The position numbers and the translations under genes were made by a program. A stretch of 64,000 nucleotides of DNA, taken from contig QCGF01000001.1 in the NCBI GenBank assembly GCA_003278175.1, positions 16,307 to 80,306 on the forward strand, read 5' to 3'. Shown piece after piece: positions 61,012 to 64,000 of the stretch (position 1 is the first letter of the stretch; every line of letters begins with the position of its first letter). Origin of the DNA: Prochlorococcus sp. AG-363-P15 (lineage in GTDB: Bacteria; Cyanobacteriota; Cyanobacteriia; PCC-6307; Cyanobiaceae). Below the pieces are notes generated by a model that ran no database searches, was not told the origin of the DNA, and was given only the letters and a program-made list of their open reading frames with translations.

Positions 61012-61707
61012 ATGGATGAAGATATTTTAATTGGTACACCCAGGAAGGAATCGCATTATAAGAGCGTATTGGAATTGATGAGAGAGGAAGGCAAAGGTCA
61101 TCAAAAAATGGGGATTGGAGTTTCTTGGGCTTATTATGATGATCCAAAGAGATTGGCATTTTTATTTGCAAGATATAAATTTGCAGCAAAAATGATAGCT
61201 GGAAAAAATAGTGTATTAGAAGTTGGCTGTGGCGATGGATTTGCAACACGAATTTTAAGACAAGCTGTTAATAAAGTTACAGGTATTGATGTTGACGATG
61301 AATTAATTGAAGATGCAATATCTAAGAAATCAGAAAAATGGCCTGTTAATTTTTATCTCCATGATATGTTGCGCCAAGGACCAATGAAACAGAAATATGA
61401 TGCCTGTGTTTGCTTAGATGTGTTAGAGCATATTCCTATCTCAGGATATCAGCTATTTCTTGATAATATACGTAATAGCCTTTTAGAAAATGCCGTAGCA
61501 ATTATAGGGTGTCCTTCTATCGAAAGTCAAAAATGGGCGTCTATTCAAAGTAAGAAAGGTCATATTTCTTGTATGACTCAAGATGAATTCAAGACTCAAC
61601 TTGAAAAACATTTTAGGAATGTATTTCTTTTCTCAATGAACGATGAGATAGTACATACAGGATTTTCTAAAATGTCTCATTACAATATCGGCTTATGTGT
61701 TGGCTAG
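61012..61707 (+). CDS. Class I SAM-dependent methyltransferase
   Basis: ARYxFA, VLEVGCGDG and DVLEHI. Confidence 0.88.
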   Translation: MDEDILIGTPRKESHYKSVLELMREEGKGHQKMGIGVSWAYYDDPKRLAFLFARYKFAAKMIAGKNSVLEVGCGDGFATRILRQAVNKVTGIDVDDELIEDAISKKSEKWPVNFYLHDMLRQGPMKQKYDACVCLDVLEHIPISGYQLFLDNIRNSLLENAVAIIGCPSIESQKWASIQSKKGHISCMTQDEFKTQLEKHFRNVFLFSMNDEIVHTGFSKMSHYNIGLCVG

Positions 61708-62023
61708 TAAATTGTTGTAAGAAAAGCTATAAGACCACCTAAAAATAATACTTTTTCTGCTGAGAAGTATTCTATTTAGCTATAGATTTCTTTGCTAATT
61801 ACCTATTTATATAAACTTAAGAAGCATTTAACTTTATTCAGATTTACATTAGACGTTTTATTCACCAAATAATTATCCTTCTATTGGTTATTTTCTCAAT
61901 TAAATTTTTATAGTGCTCCTGAAAATTATTTTTGCAAAAAATCCACAGTATTTGTTTCATGTAAAATAACAATCAAGCTTATTAGCTTCTAGTCTTATTG
62001 ATTAGAATCTAATTTATTCATGC

Positions 62024-62055
62024 TCAACAGCCCTCTTACTAATGAGGGCTGTTGA
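62024..62055 (-). terminator. Hairpin, probable terminator or 3' stabiliser of the DUF4278 transcript
   Basis: 12-bp perfect stem TCAACAGCCCTC/GAGGGCTGTTGA with an 8-nt loop, 17 bp after the stop. No clear U-tract. Confidence 0.65.
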
Positions 62056-62072
62056 TTGAGTTCTTATTGTAC

Positions 62073-62246
62073 TTATTTTATGTAATGCACTCCACGATAG
62101 GTTAATTCAGGATGCAGATCTTGTCTGGCAGCTTCTCGACAAGTGTTGTAGTGCTCGCGACGATAGGTCAATTCAACACAATGCTTTGGATCAACTTGGT
62201 TTTTGTGCTGGGCATAGCTATGTCCACGATAAAGAAGTGTGGTCAT
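62073..62246 (-). CDS. DUF4278-family small protein (IF17-related putative glutamine synthetase regulator), absent from the ORF track
   Basis: Manual translation MTTLLYRGHSYAQHKNQVDPKHCVELTYRREHYNTCREAARQDLHPELTYRGVHYIK; three LxYR(G)xxY repeats. Confidence 0.88.
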   Translation of the reverse strand: MTTLLYRGHSYAQHKNQVDPKHCVELTYRREHYNTCREAARQDLHPELTYRGVHYIK

Positions 62247-62267
62247 AATTCAGAGTCCGATTAGCGG

Positions 62268-62327
62268 CCCAAGTCCCCGTTCCTTGGCTTGGGTCGAACT
62301 GCGCCTCACGTTGTAGTGGGGTGAACG
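62268..62327 (-). ncRNA. Glutamine-II (Downstream-peptide) riboswitch
   Basis: CGTTCACCCCACTACAACGTGAGGCGCAGTTCGACCCAAGCCAAGGAACGGGGACTTGGG: P1 CGTTC/GAACG, pseudoknot CCCAAG/CTTGGG; 21 nt upstream of the DUF4278 ATG. Confidence 0.88.
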
Positions 62328-62335
62328 TTTTTTTG

Positions 62336-62349
62336 GTAGCGGTTGCTAC
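62336..62349. promoter_or_regulatory. NtcA box, probably repressive
   Basis: GTAGCGGTTGCTAC (GTA-N8-TAC, extended palindrome), just downstream of a minus-strand CATAAT -10-like element. Confidence 0.75.
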
Positions 62350-62654
62350 AAAATCTATTATGCCCAATTTGAACGTGTTTGGGCGCTTCATGGCAATATT
62401 GAAACCTTTGGAAACCGTTCTATAAGTTAAGCCTTCGCAATCGTTTTTCAAATGGTTCTTTTAGTTATAACTACTTATATCAAATTCTTTTTATTGGCCA
62501 CTAGTACAATTTCCTTTGATCAGAGCTTATAGAGTCCAGTCAAATTTAGAAGAATAAATTTGGATATTTAAAGGTTGCTTCTAGCCTTTTCAATTAAGAT
62601 TAATAGCTTCTTTATTTTGTTTCAGACATCGATAGACATCCAGACAACTGCTTC

Positions 62655-63635
62655 TTGCTTTCACCTTGGTCTTCACCGATAGACCCTGAAATTCTTTTCA
62701 ATAGAGATGATTTGGAAAGTCTAATATTTGATTTTGGGTGGACTGATCCAGCTTCTTGGCTAGATCATTGGTTAAACCGTCGCGGTCTTAATCTTGCTTC
62801 TTCTGCTTTACCTTTTACCTTTAAGAATGATTGGATTTGGGGTCTTTGCCTACCGTTCCTTTCTGATATCGAGAGAAATTTGCTCCAAGAAAAGGAACCA
62901 ATGCTTTTTGGAATTTCTGGATTACCTGGATGTGGAAAGAGCACTTTCGGAAGATGGATTGAGGCAGTATCACATGAGTTGAAATGGCCAGTAACAGTCA
63001 TTTCGATGGATGACTTTTATTTTCCTTCCACTCAGATGGCACAAGAAATAGCTGGAAACCCATGGAATGTTCCAAGAGCTTTACCAGGAAGTCATTCGAT
63101 TCAACTTATTGAAAAGACTATAAATTCTTGGATTAAACAGGGTGAGTTGAATGCACCTCAATTTGATAAGTCACTAAGGCATGGACTGGGAGATAGGAGT
63201 GGATGGCGTCGCTCCCGCCCGAGGATTTTGATTATTGAAGGATGGTTTTTAGGTTGTTCTTTAAGCAAAGCAAATTTATTAGAATCTCAACCTCAAGAAA
63301 TGATTGTCCCTCCACTTTCCGAAAGTGAAAAGTTGTATAGACTAGTTGTGCAGAAATCTTTGCAAAAGTACCAACCAATCTGGAATAAATTTGATCGGAT
63401 ATGGCATTTAAAAGCATCACAATTTCATTTCACTAGAACATGGAAAACTGAACAAGAAAGTAATATGGAAATTGAAAGAGGTTTTTCTTTAAAAGGTAAT
63501 CTACTAAAGTCATTTATTCGTATGATAGAAGCATCTATCCCTCAAGTTAACTTGCAAACGATAGATGCTGATATTATCGTTGAAATGAATATTGACCGTC
63601 AAATCACTAGGCTGGAAAAGAGTAAATCTAATTAA
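62655..63635 (+). CDS. P-loop kinase, uridine/glycerate-kinase-like
   Basis: GISGLPGCGKST, SMDDFY, PRALPGSH, PxFDKSL..GDR and IEGWFLG. Confidence 0.82.
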   Translation: MLSPWSSPIDPEILFNRDDLESLIFDFGWTDPASWLDHWLNRRGLNLASSALPFTFKNDWIWGLCLPFLSDIERNLLQEKEPMLFGISGLPGCGKSTFGRWIEAVSHELKWPVTVISMDDFYFPSTQMAQEIAGNPWNVPRALPGSHSIQLIEKTINSWIKQGELNAPQFDKSLRHGLGDRSGWRRSRPRILIIEGWFLGCSLSKANLLESQPQEMIVPPLSESEKLYRLVVQKSLQKYQPIWNKFDRIWHLKASQFHFTRTWKTEQESNMEIERGFSLKGNLLKSFIRMIEASIPQVNLQTIDADIIVEMNIDRQITRLEKSKSN

Positions 63636-63809
63636 CTAGCATTATGTTATTTAGATTAAATTTTAAAAGATTAAAACTTATTAAATGGAGATTGAATTCA
63701 TTATATGCCTATAAATAAAAATTGAAATTCTTCTTCTTCTAACTATTGCATGTTTAACCCTTTAAGCTTGTTGCTTAGGCTATACTAGTATTCTAATGTT
63801 GCTCAAAGA

Positions 63810-64000
63810 ATGAGACGGGTTTTTGTATTGACTGGAAAAAGAGGCGGCTTTGGTGCTATGAAACCTATGCTAAGACGAATGTTAGAGCATCCAGAAATAG
63901 AATTAATTTTAGCTGTAACTGATCAACATTTAAATCAAGATTTTGGATATACAGTGACTGAGATACGTAAGGAATTTGAGGTACATATTGAGATAGATCT
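63810..64000 (+). CDS. neuC: UDP-GlcNAc 2-epimerase (hydrolysing), NeuC-like; partial, runs off the window
   Basis: Manual translation MRRVFVLTGKRGGFGAMKPML..LILAVTDQHLNQDFGYTVTEI matches the NeuC N-terminus (TGxR..TGxHL..FGxT..EI). Confidence 0.75.
   Translation, partial: MRRVFVLTGKRGGFGAMKPMLRRMLEHPEIELILAVTDQHLNQDFGYTVTEIRKEFEVHIEID

Noticed and set aside
62218-62451. 77-aa ORF in the track
   Set aside because: It runs across the NtcA box and riboswitch. The real gene is the DUF4278 ORF in another frame (62073..62246).
1-64000. CRISPR array, IS element, prophage or recognisable anti-phage system
   Set aside because: No repeat-spacer array, transposase, integrase or phage structural gene seen. 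The SNF2 gene lies in core synteny with no nuclease or methylase partners.

Overview
Chromosomal window from a marine picocyanobacterium, most likely a low-light Prochlorococcus, judged from AT-richness, the Prochlorococcus-type AcsF and the gene order. Bases 1-33,081 are mostly core genome: tRNA-Gly(CCC), AGT-family aminotransferase, cbiD, guaA, mrdA, flv1/flv3, a TRAP transporter, SNF2/SWIM/MEKHLA, alaS, speA, ndk, thiO, gatB, coaE and argJ, with one AT-rich TPR gene inserted after guaA. An accessory region follows argJ. It holds secreted and TPR proteins, then a repeat/palindrome-rich spacer. Next is a compact chlorophyll-cyclase cassette: a divergent Ycf54-like gene, a Fed2/FdC2-type ferredoxin and acsF. 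After that comes a roughly 21-kb surface-glycan locus (GT90, ABC flippase, GmhA/GmhB/HddC/HldE-like, split transketolase, C-methyl-, formyl- and aminotransferases). A DUF4278 micro-gene missed by the ORF track sits behind a glutamine-II riboswitch and an NtcA box, and the window ends in the start of neuC. The best candidates for novelty are the cyclase cassette, NrdR-type boxes in front of non-RNR genes, and a possible higher-carbon (heptose/octose) sugar pathway. All family assignments come from motif recognition by eye; no searches were run.
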